Below are positions 35,536 through 43,894 of a DNA stretch of 64,000 bases, piece by piece; the first letter of the stretch is position 1; every line of letters begins with the position of its first letter. Origin of the DNA: a virus; IMG/VR virus record IMGVR_UViG_3300042375_000684. One strand, 5' to 3'. A model generated the notes under the pieces. The model saw nothing but the letters and a program-made list of their open reading frames with translations. It ran no database searches and was not told the origin of the DNA. Made by a program: the position numbers and the translations under genes.

Positions 35536-35907
35536 TTATCTTCCACGGTCGAGTTTCAGTTGTTCAATACGGGCTTCAGCCTCTTCTCTACTATAGAACC
35601 ATTTTTTTCGGTCTATATCAAAGATATCAGTTTCATCATACTCTGGATAAATTTGGCCATCAGAGTGTTTAAAATGATACTCTGTTTGTTTATCTTCATC
35701 GAATCGGACATCACCTCTTGCGATAAATGTTACCTTACCGCAATATGTGATTTCTTCAATTTCGTAAGTAAACCGATCCCTATCATAGCGATACCATTCA
35801 ATTCCATCTGTATCAATCATCGTGATTCGTTTTTGAGCAAAGACGTGATTATCTTCTTTGACAACATATACCTTATCACCAAATTTAAGTTCTTTTAACT
35901 TAATCAT
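35536..35907 (-). CDS. hypothetical protein
   Basis: 123-aa ORF with GGAG RBS. Confidence 0.6.
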   Translation of the reverse strand: MIKLKELKFGDKVYVVKEDNHVFAQKRITMIDTDGIEWYRYDRDRFTYEIEEITYCGKVTFIARGDVRFDEDKQTEYHFKHSDGQIYPEYDETDIFDIDRKKWFYSREEAEARIEQLKLDRGR

Positions 35908-35919
35908 TTATTTCTCCAT

Positions 35920-35948
35920 ATGTCCCATCGGTTAAACCGATGGGACAT
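35920..35948. repeat. perfect 14-bp inverted repeat
   Basis: ATGTCCCATCGGTT-A-AACCGATGGGACAT. Confidence 0.85.
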
Positions 35949-35956
35949 TTGTCAAT

Positions 35957-36643
35957 TTATTCTTGAGTTTCTTTTGCTTTTCGTCTTGATTTAAATTTTG
36001 GTTTCTCTTCGGGTTCTTTATCAACTTCTTCAGTTGATTCTTTATTCTTTTCTTTTTCTTCTTCTGCATCCAGAATTTCTTGTCTAGACTTAAGTCTTTT
36101 AATTACATCAGTCCCATCCATCCAGATGTCTTTGTTTTCTAGCATTGATGTAATTTCTTCGTCGGTAAGAAAATGCTTGTATATATCACGTAATAGATTT
36201 TCAGACCATGCACGTTCGTGTTTCAGCTGGTCAAACATTTCACCACCTTTACCGAATACACCACTTGAATAGTTATGGAACATAAACATAGAATGTTCGG
36301 ATATTTCAAATGTTTCACCACAGAGCATAATCATTGTTGCAGCTGAGGCACATAGACCTTCAACTGAAATAACTATATTTGCTGATGTTTCTCTCAATGC
36401 TCGCATAAATTGAATTGCTGTAAATACATCGCCACCATGCGAGTTGACATATATTTTAATTACATCATTTTCTCCAGCGTGACGAATAGTATCAAACCAT
36501 TGAATGTAATTTTCCGAAGATTCAATATCTCCACTCAAATAAAATTCGTGGATATTTACCAATTGCTTATGGAATGTTCTATCGTCTTGTTTTACACCTT
36601 TACCTAGTAAGATGTCCATAAGATCTAATTTATTGGCTTTCAA
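35957..36643 (-). CDS. ClpP-like serine protease subunit
   Basis: YVNSHGGDV, catalytic CASAAT, MFMFHNYS, DIWM motifs. Confidence 0.87.
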   Translation of the reverse strand: MKANKLDLMDILLGKGVKQDDRTFHKQLVNIHEFYLSGDIESSENYIQWFDTIRHAGENDVIKIYVNSHGGDVFTAIQFMRALRETSANIVISVEGLCASAATMIMLCGETFEISEHSMFMFHNYSSGVFGKGGEMFDQLKHERAWSENLLRDIYKHFLTDEEITSMLENKDIWMDGTDVIKRLKSRQEILDAEEEKEKNKESTEEVDKEPEEKPKFKSRRKAKETQE

Positions 36644-36960
36644 TTATTATTCTCCTTTTTATTCCAATAGTCTGTAGGCATATTGGTCCATTGTGTAGAC
36701 CAGTAGATAGTAAAAAAGTATAGATTTAGTTGAGCATGTGGACAATCATACCAAAACTTGTGAAGTCCAAAGTTAGGTAAACCAAAAACTTTACGAACAT
36801 GTGTATCATTTTCAAATTCACGATATGCATCTCGCATATCTTTATCCATCAACCCCCAACGGAAGTAATAGAAGTAGTGGTTGGTTCCAAGAGTTTTCTC
36901 AGATTGCCACCATTCAATTCCCGTCCAGTCGAGTTTAAATTTCCAAGGATACTGTTTCAT
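36640..36960 (-). CDS. aromatic-rich hypothetical protein
   Basis: MKQYPWKF..., trimmed from the track ORF. Confidence 0.55.
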   Translation of the reverse strand: MKQYPWKFKLDWTGIEWWQSEKTLGTNHYFYYFRWGLMDKDMRDAYREFENDTHVRKVFGLPNFGLHKFWYDCPHAQLNLYFFTIYWSTQWTNMPTDYWNKKENNN

Positions 36961-37126
36961 TATCAATTCCCTTAAAATATAATTCATATGCAGATGGGCA
37001 TACATCGCATTCTTTGCCGTCAACTTCGCCATATCCGCCATTGCAAGTATTATTTCCGCATTTACCGCAGATTACAACCTCGTGGTCGCAGAGACTACAA
37101 TGTATCCAATAATGTTTATCTGTCAT
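36935..37126 (-). CDS. small Cys-rich (zinc-finger-like) protein
   Basis: HCSLC, CGKCGNNTC, CDVC. Confidence 0.6.
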   Translation of the reverse strand: MTDKHYWIHCSLCDHEVVICGKCGNNTCNGGYGEVDGKECDVCPSAYELYFKGIDNETVSLEI

Positions 37127-37338
37127 TGATCTTCCATCCAAAATTTTTTGCAATCTGGGCACCTAAATTCAATCCAATAGCAATCGGAACTTCGATCGTA
37201 ATTTCCACTGCTACCATCTTTCTTCTTGCTTACATTCGGATGAGGACACAGATTCTGAAGAATTGTTTCTTCAGTATCCCATTTCAGTTGATTTTTAGTA
37301 ATTGTTGCAAGTTTACGTCTTACTTGTGCTGGTGTCAT
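37123..37338 (-). CDS. small zinc-ribbon-like protein
   Basis: CPHP...CPDC. Confidence 0.6.
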   Translation of the reverse strand: MTPAQVRRKLATITKNQLKWDTEETILQNLCPHPNVSKKKDGSSGNYDRSSDCYWIEFRCPDCKKFWMEDQ

Positions 37339-37502
37339 GTTTCATCCCATACTCTTTCACAGATCTTACATTTACATTCTGTATATTGCAGGAAACCACC
37401 GCCTGAAGTACATTCACTAATTGATTTTCGTTCAACATTAGAACTTATAATACTACGAATTGTATGTGCTACATTCCAGCATTCACATCTTTCTTTATTC
37501 AT
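37335..37502 (-). CDS. small Cys-rich protein (55 aa, not in ORF track)
   Basis: RCEC...CKCKIC; ATGA overlaps. Confidence 0.5.
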   Translation of the reverse strand: MNKERCECWNVAHTIRSIISSNVERKSISECTSGGGFLQYTECKCKICERVWDET

Positions 37503-37589
37503 TTTCTATCAAACTCACTTGGATTGAATGCAGCAATCAATACAATTATAACAATAGTAACAAATATAGAACTTATCATAGTCACCTCT

Positions 37590-38024
37590 TTAAAATAATT
37601 TTGTTATATCATCTCGGACAGACATTAGGATTTTACCTAATTCATTGCGGCCTGTCCCGAGAGGTGACTGTCCCCAAAATTTGTCACCCCAGGTATTCCC
37701 TTCAATCAACTCGTATGATCTTGTTTCTTGGAGTAATTTCATTAAATTTGCATTCTGGTCAAATTTTGACTCTACTATATTCTTCATGATAGAAACTTTA
37801 ATAGAGTCCCAGTTGGATTTTAATTTCAAAGTTCTCCCGAACCGTTTTACATCAGAAGTATTTGGTATTTCTGATATTGCTATTTTTTGAAGTTGATTGT
37901 CAGTCTTTGCTGCGACATACGCGTGTTCAGAAGAAGGATATTCAATACCTTCATATGAGACATTACACGGATAGAAATTTGAAAGAAACCTAAAAGAACC
38001 AGAAAATGATGTTATTTTAGCCAT
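37590..38024 (-). CDS. NADAR-family protein (YbiA-like)
   Basis: FLSNFYP, SSEHAYVAAK, KFDQN, WGDKFWG, GRNELGKILM motifs. Confidence 0.92.
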   Translation of the reverse strand: MAKITSFSGSFRFLSNFYPCNVSYEGIEYPSSEHAYVAAKTDNQLQKIAISEIPNTSDVKRFGRTLKLKSNWDSIKVSIMKNIVESKFDQNANLMKLLQETRSYELIEGNTWGDKFWGQSPLGTGRNELGKILMSVRDDITKLF

Positions 38025-38422
38025 GTAATCCTTTTGCCTTCATTCACTCGGCGCTGATATTCTTCTTCGGAACCAGGATATCTCCAACCCCAAATTGCAA
38101 CAAGTAACATAAAAATACCAGAACCAAGAATAGCAGCAATATTACCAGTAGTAAACCACATAATGATAAGTGAAGAGGTCATTGTTGCAATCATGAAATA
38201 TTTGAATTTAGTAGGGAAAATTTTCTTCTCTTGCCAACCAATAAGGAATGGGCCGAAAATCTTATGTGAATATATCCACTTATGCATACGGTCACTCGAT
38301 TTAGCAAAGCAAAAGGCTGCTCCAACCGCTGGTGTACTCCAAGGAATACCTGGGAGCACCACACCAGCATATGCAACAGCCAATAAAAATATTCCTAAAC
38401 TAAACCACAGTATCTTTTTCAT
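38012..38422 (-). CDS. DUF454 / YbaN-like inner membrane protein
   Basis: GVVLPGIPWSTP, CFAKSS, HKIFGPFL motifs. Confidence 0.85.
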   Translation of the reverse strand: MKKILWFSLGIFLLAVAYAGVVLPGIPWSTPAVGAAFCFAKSSDRMHKWIYSHKIFGPFLIGWQEKKIFPTKFKYFMIATMTSSLIIMWFTTGNIAAILGSGIFMLLVAIWGWRYPGSEEEYQRRVNEGKRITWLK

Positions 38423-38651
38423 TTTTCTCTTTCCGGCAATATGAACATTCTATATAACTTTTCATATCACTCATGTTAAACACGTGGTGGTATTGGTGAT
38501 TTCCAAATAAACAGTTAATCCAGCCTTTGAAGAATCTGTAATAACCTTTGATACCACCACCGTGTGCGGTTGCCATTAGATGTATATTTATCCAATGTCC
38601 GCCATACCATACAAACACTCGTTTATGTTTAAAGAGAATTTTCAAGTCCAA
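38400..38651 (-). CDS. hypothetical protein
   Basis: CLFGNH...CSYC motif; start uncertain. Confidence 0.45.
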   Translation of the reverse strand: MDLKILFKHKRVFVWYGGHWINIHLMATAHGGGIKGYYRFFKGWINCLFGNHQYHHVFNMSDMKSYIECSYCRKEKNEKDTVV

Positions 38652-39454
38652 AGACTATTTCTGTTTTTAATCAAACGTATCAGCATTTCGGTATCTTCTG
38701 CTTCATATGCAGCCTCAATCTCTCGATTTTTGTCAAGAATCTTTCTAGTCTCTACGTGATCTTCCTCTGGATCATCATGCATGAAACCAATTCCGCGCAC
38801 ACGTTTACTTTTGCAATGTGCAGACCAACCGCTTAGATCATAAGGGTCTGGGCGGTTAGGATACACCTCTGTCCACCATTTATAAAGTGCAATGATTTCT
38901 GTTGCTACTAGAGCTTGAGCAGTAGGCTTTACTTCGTGCTTTTTATCTTCATCGAGCCACTCTTCATCTGTAAGACTAGTTTCCCACTCGAGGTGTTGAA
39001 GCCCAGCTTCAGGACTACGCCAGGTTCGAGTTCGCCAGCGACCTACCTGCCACCACTTCATACCTTTTTGTTTTTCTTCACTCCAGCGATAGTTGCTGTA
39101 AGCCTTTTCAATCTCGACAAAATCCGCAAGTTCGTCAAAGAGACATATAAGAATTCGACTATCAAAATCACGATACTGCCCGGGTTTGATGTGTTTAGGG
39201 TGAGATACAAGAGCATGACTCTGGTCCACCCAACGATTCACAACGTAGTACTTTAAACTATAAACGCGGTCGGGAACCCATGTAATAATATTCTGGATAT
39301 AATCTATTAATTCATCAGCAATCCAATAACGAATAGGATACTTACTTTTAGCATCAGACTCCCAGTCTTCCCAACCTTTCGCACTAAGCACAAGTGGTTT
39401 ACCAGTACCTCGAATGATATTCGCAATTTTGCTACACGACCAGTAGTTCTTCAT
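38642..39454 (-). CDS. conserved Trp-rich phage hypothetical protein
   Basis: 270-aa ORF with GGAG RBS. Confidence 0.7.
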   Translation of the reverse strand: MKNYWSCSKIANIIRGTGKPLVLSAKGWEDWESDAKSKYPIRYWIADELIDYIQNIITWVPDRVYSLKYYVVNRWVDQSHALVSHPKHIKPGQYRDFDSRILICLFDELADFVEIEKAYSNYRWSEEKQKGMKWWQVGRWRTRTWRSPEAGLQHLEWETSLTDEEWLDEDKKHEVKPTAQALVATEIIALYKWWTEVYPNRPDPYDLSGWSAHCKSKRVRGIGFMHDDPEEDHVETRKILDKNREIEAAYEAEDTEMLIRLIKNRNSLWT

Positions 39455-39487
39455 GATCTAATCTCCTTGAGTAATTACTTTATATCA

Positions 39488-39841
39488 TCAATTAGTAGGT
39501 TTGTCAACATTTTGTTTGGACTTAAATAACTTTATATCATTGATAGCACTCTTGAGTGTTTCTGCATAGTTGAGTGCAGTCTGTTCATTCATCACGATGG
39601 TTGTTTCCATTTCAGCATGCCCTTTAGTAAGGATTTGCCAAATTTGTTTCCAACGATTATTTTCCCACCACTTTGTGTGATTTTTCACATAAACATGAAC
39701 CTGAATACCGCATTCATCTGCTTCAATATTTACTTCATGAGAACAATCTTCATTTCCACAATCACAGCGAATGTGGTACCACTTACTATCACCCCATTCA
39801 GATGTTTTTAAGATACCTTCAGCTGGTTTTTGTACTCGCAT
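39488..39841 (-). CDS. hypothetical protein
   Basis: CDCGNEDCSH motif. Confidence 0.6.
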   Translation of the reverse strand: MRVQKPAEGILKTSEWGDSKWYHIRCDCGNEDCSHEVNIEADECGIQVHVYVKNHTKWWENNRWKQIWQILTKGHAEMETTIVMNEQTALNYAETLKSAINDIKLFKSKQNVDKPTN

Positions 39842-40134
39842 TATCCGTGCCTCTCCATTGTATCAATAAGTATATCTACATTATCTTCTAAATCTTTTTT
39901 GCCGGTTCCGCGGACCTTATCTAGGTTCTTCATAATACAAAGATCACAAATAGCCAAGTCAAGATACTCACCGGTTCCCATTGGATCAAATATCGAAGAC
40001 CCGTAGTGCCCATATGTACGAAAATGAAGACCACCCATAGGATGAACTTCAACTATCTTGTCTTTCATATCATATTCGAGATTATCAAGTTCTTCTCCAC
40101 ATGCAATACAATCAATTTTGGTTTCAGTTTTCAT
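39841..40134 (-). CDS. hypothetical zinc-binding protein
   Basis: CIAC...CDLC. Confidence 0.6.
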   Translation of the reverse strand: MKTETKIDCIACGEELDNLEYDMKDKIVEVHPMGGLHFRTYGHYGSSIFDPMGTGEYLDLAICDLCIMKNLDKVRGTGKKDLEDNVDILIDTMERHG

Positions 40135-40319
40135 TGTCCCTCAATCAGTTCCCAGCGAGCATCAATTGTTAATTCATTGTGATAATTAGTTGTAATAATT
40201 TTTTGGTATAGTTTGCCGTTGATAAACCTTAGTTCATTAGTTTTTTGTTCGCCGAGGATAAATTCCCCAGCATCATCAGCAATTATAATGTCTCCATCAT
40301 AGATATTATCTTCTTCCAT
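40131..40319 (-). CDS. hypothetical protein
   Basis: 62-aa ORF. Confidence 0.5.
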   Translation of the reverse strand: MEEDNIYDGDIIIADDAGEFILGEQKTNELRFINGKLYQKIITTNYHNELTIDARWELIEGQ

Positions 40320-40471
40320 TACTGTGTTTCCTTAACTTCTTGCATTCGTTTATAGTGTTCATATGACTTTACAAGAAATTCAAAACGTTTTGGATACTGA
40401 AATGGATTTGGAATGTTTTCTACACCATAATGCTCTATAAATTCTTCAATAAATGCATCATCTCTGTTCAC
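40319..40471 (-). CDS. small conserved phage protein (50 aa, not in ORF track)
   Basis: GTG start; IPNPFQYPKRFEFLVK motif. Confidence 0.55.
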   Translation of the reverse strand: MNRDDAFIEEFIEHYGVENIPNPFQYPKRFEFLVKSYEHYKRMQEVKETQ

Positions 40472-40733
40472 CGAATAAGTCATAAATGTCCTTTTTTAAT
40501 CTTTTAGCATATGGTGTTAACATTTCTTCATCTTCTAAAATATAATCTTTGATGAGAAACTTAAGATAGTTTTGAAGTTCTTTCATATAGTTTGGAGTAT
40601 CAGAAACTATCACTCGTTCTATGAAACCTGAAGGATACCTAAGTCCGAATACCTGGTATTCACATGATCGCTTAATACGAAAGAATGGAAAATACTGTGT
40701 TGAGTAAAGTTTTCCTTCGTATTCTACTTGCAT
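40458..40733 (-). CDS. hypothetical protein
   Basis: 91-aa ORF. Confidence 0.55.
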   Translation of the reverse strand: MQVEYEGKLYSTQYFPFFRIKRSCEYQVFGLRYPSGFIERVIVSDTPNYMKELQNYLKFLIKDYILEDEEMLTPYAKRLKKDIYDLFGEQR

Positions 40734-41051
40734 TTAATCCCAGACTTGTGATACTCGATACGAATATTTATTATACTTTTCTTGTTTTGGGTCTGACCAT
40801 TCAAGAGTATTTTTATCAGCAACTTGTGAAAGTTTAATTGCTTGATCAGATGTTGCAGCTTCGACTGTTAGGACTGCAGTCCTATATGAAGTTGCAATAT
40901 CTTGAACTTCTACTGAATACTTACGGAGAGGCTTTCCTTTTGTCTGCTTTTTAATACCAGTTACCATTTCTTTAAATTTGCCATAAGGCAAATCTTGCCA
41001 TTCTTGAACTTTTTCGGGAGTTGGTTTTCCAAGAATACCCCATGAATTCAT
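40734..41051 (-). CDS. hypothetical protein
   Basis: 105-aa ORF. Confidence 0.55.
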   Translation of the reverse strand: MNSWGILGKPTPEKVQEWQDLPYGKFKEMVTGIKKQTKGKPLRKYSVEVQDIATSYRTAVLTVEAATSDQAIKLSQVADKNTLEWSDPKQEKYNKYSYRVSQVWD

Positions 41052-41194
41052 TTTCTAGTCTCCTGTTCTTTTCTAAAATCACAATATAGTTCAAAGATTA
41101 GATATGGTATGAATACAAGTATGCTACCTACAAAAAGCATTGCTGTAAGATAATCAGCAATTAAGAAACATACAATGTAATCATACCATTTCAT
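41048..41194 (-). CDS. small membrane protein
   Basis: MKWYDYIVC..., hydrophobic. Confidence 0.5.
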   Translation of the reverse strand: MKWYDYIVCFLIADYLTAMLFVGSILVFIPYLIFELYCDFRKEQETRK

Positions 41195-41198
41195 TTTG

Positions 41199-41660
41199 TT
41201 ACATCCTATAGAAAGTGTGTTCACCAATAGTTCCAACCTTGGTGAATTTTCTTGCCCACCTTGGCAATCTTTTTATGTCATGTTTATTAATAAAGTGTGT
41301 CGCTAAGTGACTATATGATGTAACATTTTCATCTAATAGTTCTTTTGCAATTGACGAAGCTTGTTCCCAAGCTTCGTGTTCACTAGGTGTTTTATTCTTT
41401 CTAGAACAAGTCCAAGCAAATTGGCAACCTTGATATACTACAGCGCATATAGTGTCAGGATAATGCAGTGAAGCAACACGATTGATGGTGACTTCACCAA
41501 CCATTCTCATTCCTTTTTCTGATTCTCCGCGTGCCTCGTGATAGATATTTAAAGCGAGTGCTTGCAATTCTGCCCGTTCATCGCAATTTCCGGCGACGGC
41601 AGCAGTACTCATCAAAGATAAAGCAATACATACAGTCGCCACAAATGTGAATAATCTCAT
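41199..41660 (-). CDS. SleB-like cell wall hydrolase (Hydrolase_2) with signal peptide
   Basis: LALNIYHEARGE, VTINRV, TICAVVYQ..QFAW, IGEHTFY motifs. Confidence 0.9.
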   Translation of the reverse strand: MRLFTFVATVCIALSLMSTAAVAGNCDERAELQALALNIYHEARGESEKGMRMVGEVTINRVASLHYPDTICAVVYQGCQFAWTCSRKNKTPSEHEAWEQASSIAKELLDENVTSYSHLATHFINKHDIKRLPRWARKFTKVGTIGEHTFYRM

Positions 41661-41725
41661 TTGTAGTCCCTTTTTGTTTGTTACAGATAGAGCAAAGGGA
41701 GCATAAGCCCCCTTTGAAGTTTTAT

Positions 41726-41941
41726 TTATTTACGAGTGATACCCCGAGATCCTTCAAAGAAGTGGCGTTCAAGAACTCGATTGTTCTTTCGAGAGAACTT
41801 GATATTCTTGATATTATCACCAAGGATGATTTCATCTTGAGTTCGTGAAACAATGACAAAGTCAGATGAAAATTCTTTAAGAACAGATTTCATCAATGCA
41901 TCACCGCCGATACGAGTCACTTCAATAGCATATTTGTTCAT
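41726..41941 (-). CDS. hypothetical protein
   Basis: AAGGAACC RBS below a class-1 promoter. Confidence 0.55.
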   Translation of the reverse strand: MNKYAIEVTRIGGDALMKSVLKEFSSDFVIVSRTQDEIILGDNIKNIKFSRKNNRVLERHFFEGSRGITRK

Positions 41942-41955
41942 TGAGGTTCCTTTCA

Positions 41956-41997
41956 CCTTATAGAATCAGTATATACTATTTGAAATGAAATGTCAAC
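41956..41997 (-). promoter_or_regulatory. class-1 repeated early promoter
   Basis: TTGACA-N17-TATACT-GATTC-TATAAGG. Confidence 0.8.
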
Positions 41998-42591
41998 TCA
42001 TTTGTTTAGAATAAATGCCCCACGGCGATTTTGTGACCAAGCAGCTTCAGTGGAACCTAGGACAGACGGGCGCTCTTTTCCATAACTAACTGTTTGAATT
42101 CTGTTGGCATCAATTCCTTTGGAGATAAGACTTGCTTTAAGAGTCGATGCACGCTTCTCTCCTAGATACAAGTTATATTCTCTTGTTCCACGTTCGTCCG
42201 CATGCCCTTCGATGGTTACCACATATGCAGGATAGTCTTTCATAAACTTTGCTACGTCATCAATAAGCCAATTACTCTCAACATTAGCAGTATCTGCGCT
42301 ATAATTAAAAAATGCGCGAGTATGTCCAATTTTATCTTTGCGAGTCATTTCATCAACTATTGATTTTAATTCAACAACTTGGTTTTCTAAAACTTCAAAA
42401 TTTGTCTGAAGTTCGGATTTATGATCTGTAATAGTATTAGTTAGTTGTGTCACTGCATCAGTAATCTGATCATTGATATAAGTTTTAATATCTTCTGCCG
42501 GTGCAGTAATAGGGGTCGTAGTTTGTGCAAATGCAGCCGTACCTAGTAACATAGCAGCAATTAGTGTAAGTTTTTTCATTTTATTCTCCAT
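41998..42591 (-). CDS. secreted Pal/OmpA-C-like peptidoglycan-binding protein
   Basis: Sec signal MKKLTLIAAMLLGTAAFA, coiled coil, then IEGHADERGTREYNLYLGEKRA...VSYGKERP...NRR. Confidence 0.88.
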   Translation of the reverse strand: MENKMKKLTLIAAMLLGTAAFAQTTTPITAPAEDIKTYINDQITDAVTQLTNTITDHKSELQTNFEVLENQVVELKSIVDEMTRKDKIGHTRAFFNYSADTANVESNWLIDDVAKFMKDYPAYVVTIEGHADERGTREYNLYLGEKRASTLKASLISKGIDANRIQTVSYGKERPSVLGSTEAAWSQNRRGAFILNK

Positions 42592-42615
42592 TATAAATTA
42601 AATTCTGATATTTGT

Positions 42616-43341
42616 TTATTTCCACCATTTCTCGCCTTTAGACTTTGATTCCCAGAAATGATCAATAATTTGATTGCAGATAAAAATACCTTCTTTGTTT
42701 AGATATCTATCACATATTGAAATACTTAAACCGATCTGCTCGTCTAGTTTATTCCCATATCTAAGTTCTGGATCTTTTCCGTCATTTAACCTATCAACAA
42801 TCCAAAGTGCTTTTCTGCAAATTTCTTTTCTATCTAGTTTTGGTATGTATATAACGCCAGTATTATACATGATGTATGATGTATTAAAGTCAATATCAAC
42901 TTCATACCATGGTAAAGATGGAAGAATTTTATCCAAATTACGGAATTGCGTAATATAATATTCGGCAGACCATAAAATTGGATTATTTCCCCAGATAGAA
43001 TTATCTATATGTGATTTAAATGCCGTATCAACATCTAATAGTACAACATCTTCACTATCTGAGAAGTCCATTAAAATAAAGATCTTTTCGATCAAGATTC
43101 TAATCAGACCAGTAAAAGGTCTGCGGGACGTGATAATTTTAGAGATATATCCATTTTCTTGACAATACGTCTGGATTTCTAAATCTGAGAAAGAGTGATA
43201 AATGTATATAGCAGGATTTACTGTATACATTTTCAAGCATTCTATTGACTTCTTTAATTGCTCGAAGAAGTCAACTTTATCTTGCGCATTTTTGTACTCG
43301 TTAATATAAAGATATGCAAAATTCAAATTAATACTCAGCAA
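42616..43341 (-). CDS. putative GT-A nucleotide-diphospho-sugar transferase
   Basis: LLDVDT (DxD), YNTGVI, DEQIGLS motifs; inferred. Confidence 0.55.
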   Translation of the reverse strand: MLSINLNFAYLYINEYKNAQDKVDFFEQLKKSIECLKMYTVNPAIYIYHSFSDLEIQTYCQENGYISKIITSRRPFTGLIRILIEKIFILMDFSDSEDVVLLDVDTAFKSHIDNSIWGNNPILWSAEYYITQFRNLDKILPSLPWYEVDIDFNTSYIMYNTGVIYIPKLDRKEICRKALWIVDRLNDGKDPELRYGNKLDEQIGLSISICDRYLNKEGIFICNQIIDHFWESKSKGEKWWK

Positions 43342-43534
43342 CTGCTGTAAAGTTATCCATTGTCATGCCACTTTTAAAATTTTGAAAACGACGGATAGTG
43401 TGGCGCCCTTTAAACGCCACACCAATCTCGGTATCATGCCTGTATGGATGCACCTTGTGACCACTCCCACGGCCATTTGTAGTAATAGTATAAAGCAGTC
43501 CGTTTTTCTTGTAGCGGAACAGTGTCATGATCAA
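43328..43534 (-). CDS. hypothetical protein
   Basis: 68-aa ORF with ATGA overlap. Confidence 0.5.
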   Translation of the reverse strand: MIMTLFRYKKNGLLYTITTNGRGSGHKVHPYRHDTEIGVAFKGRHTIRRFQNFKSGMTMDNFTAVAEY

Positions 43535-43875
43535 GCTCCTAGATTATATTTGCCGATATTGACAAAACCGAAGTTGTCAACGATGTAACAATCACCGTCC
43601 TTGACAAAGATATCACCGACAGATCCACTCGAACCACGAGCAAGCCGCCGAACCAATCCATCTTCCCAGAGGTTTGTCGATTCAAATGCTTGATCTAGGT
43701 CATCAGTATCAACTTCATAAGTTGCATCGTAATACTCTACAAAGTCTTCATTCCACTTACGAGCACCGAGCATCATATCTGCACGAGCAACTGCTTTAGG
43801 AACTGCGTCCCAACCTCGTGCATTGACAGCGATAATGTCAGAATCACTCAGTCGGATTTGGTAAATAGTGATCAT
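43531..43875 (-). CDS. YodL-like domain protein
   Basis: LDQAF..TN...SGSVGDIF....YIVDNFGF pattern. Confidence 0.55.
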   Translation of the reverse strand: MITIYQIRLSDSDIIAVNARGWDAVPKAVARADMMLGARKWNEDFVEYYDATYEVDTDDLDQAFESTNLWEDGLVRRLARGSSGSVGDIFVKDGDCYIVDNFGFVNIGKYNLGA

Positions 43876-43894
43876 GTTAGGTTCCTCTGTGTTA

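Noticed and set aside
8177-37527. Longer plus-strand ORFs in the track (e.g. 8177-8785, 13169-13585, 15483-15896, 26895-27344, 36988-37527)
   Set aside because: They are antisense shadows of well-supported minus-strand genes, with no RBS or recognisable motifs.
40319-40471. Suspected frameshift in a small gene
   Set aside because: On re-reading, the T-run gives GAA AAC ATT and the 50-aa ORF is intact.
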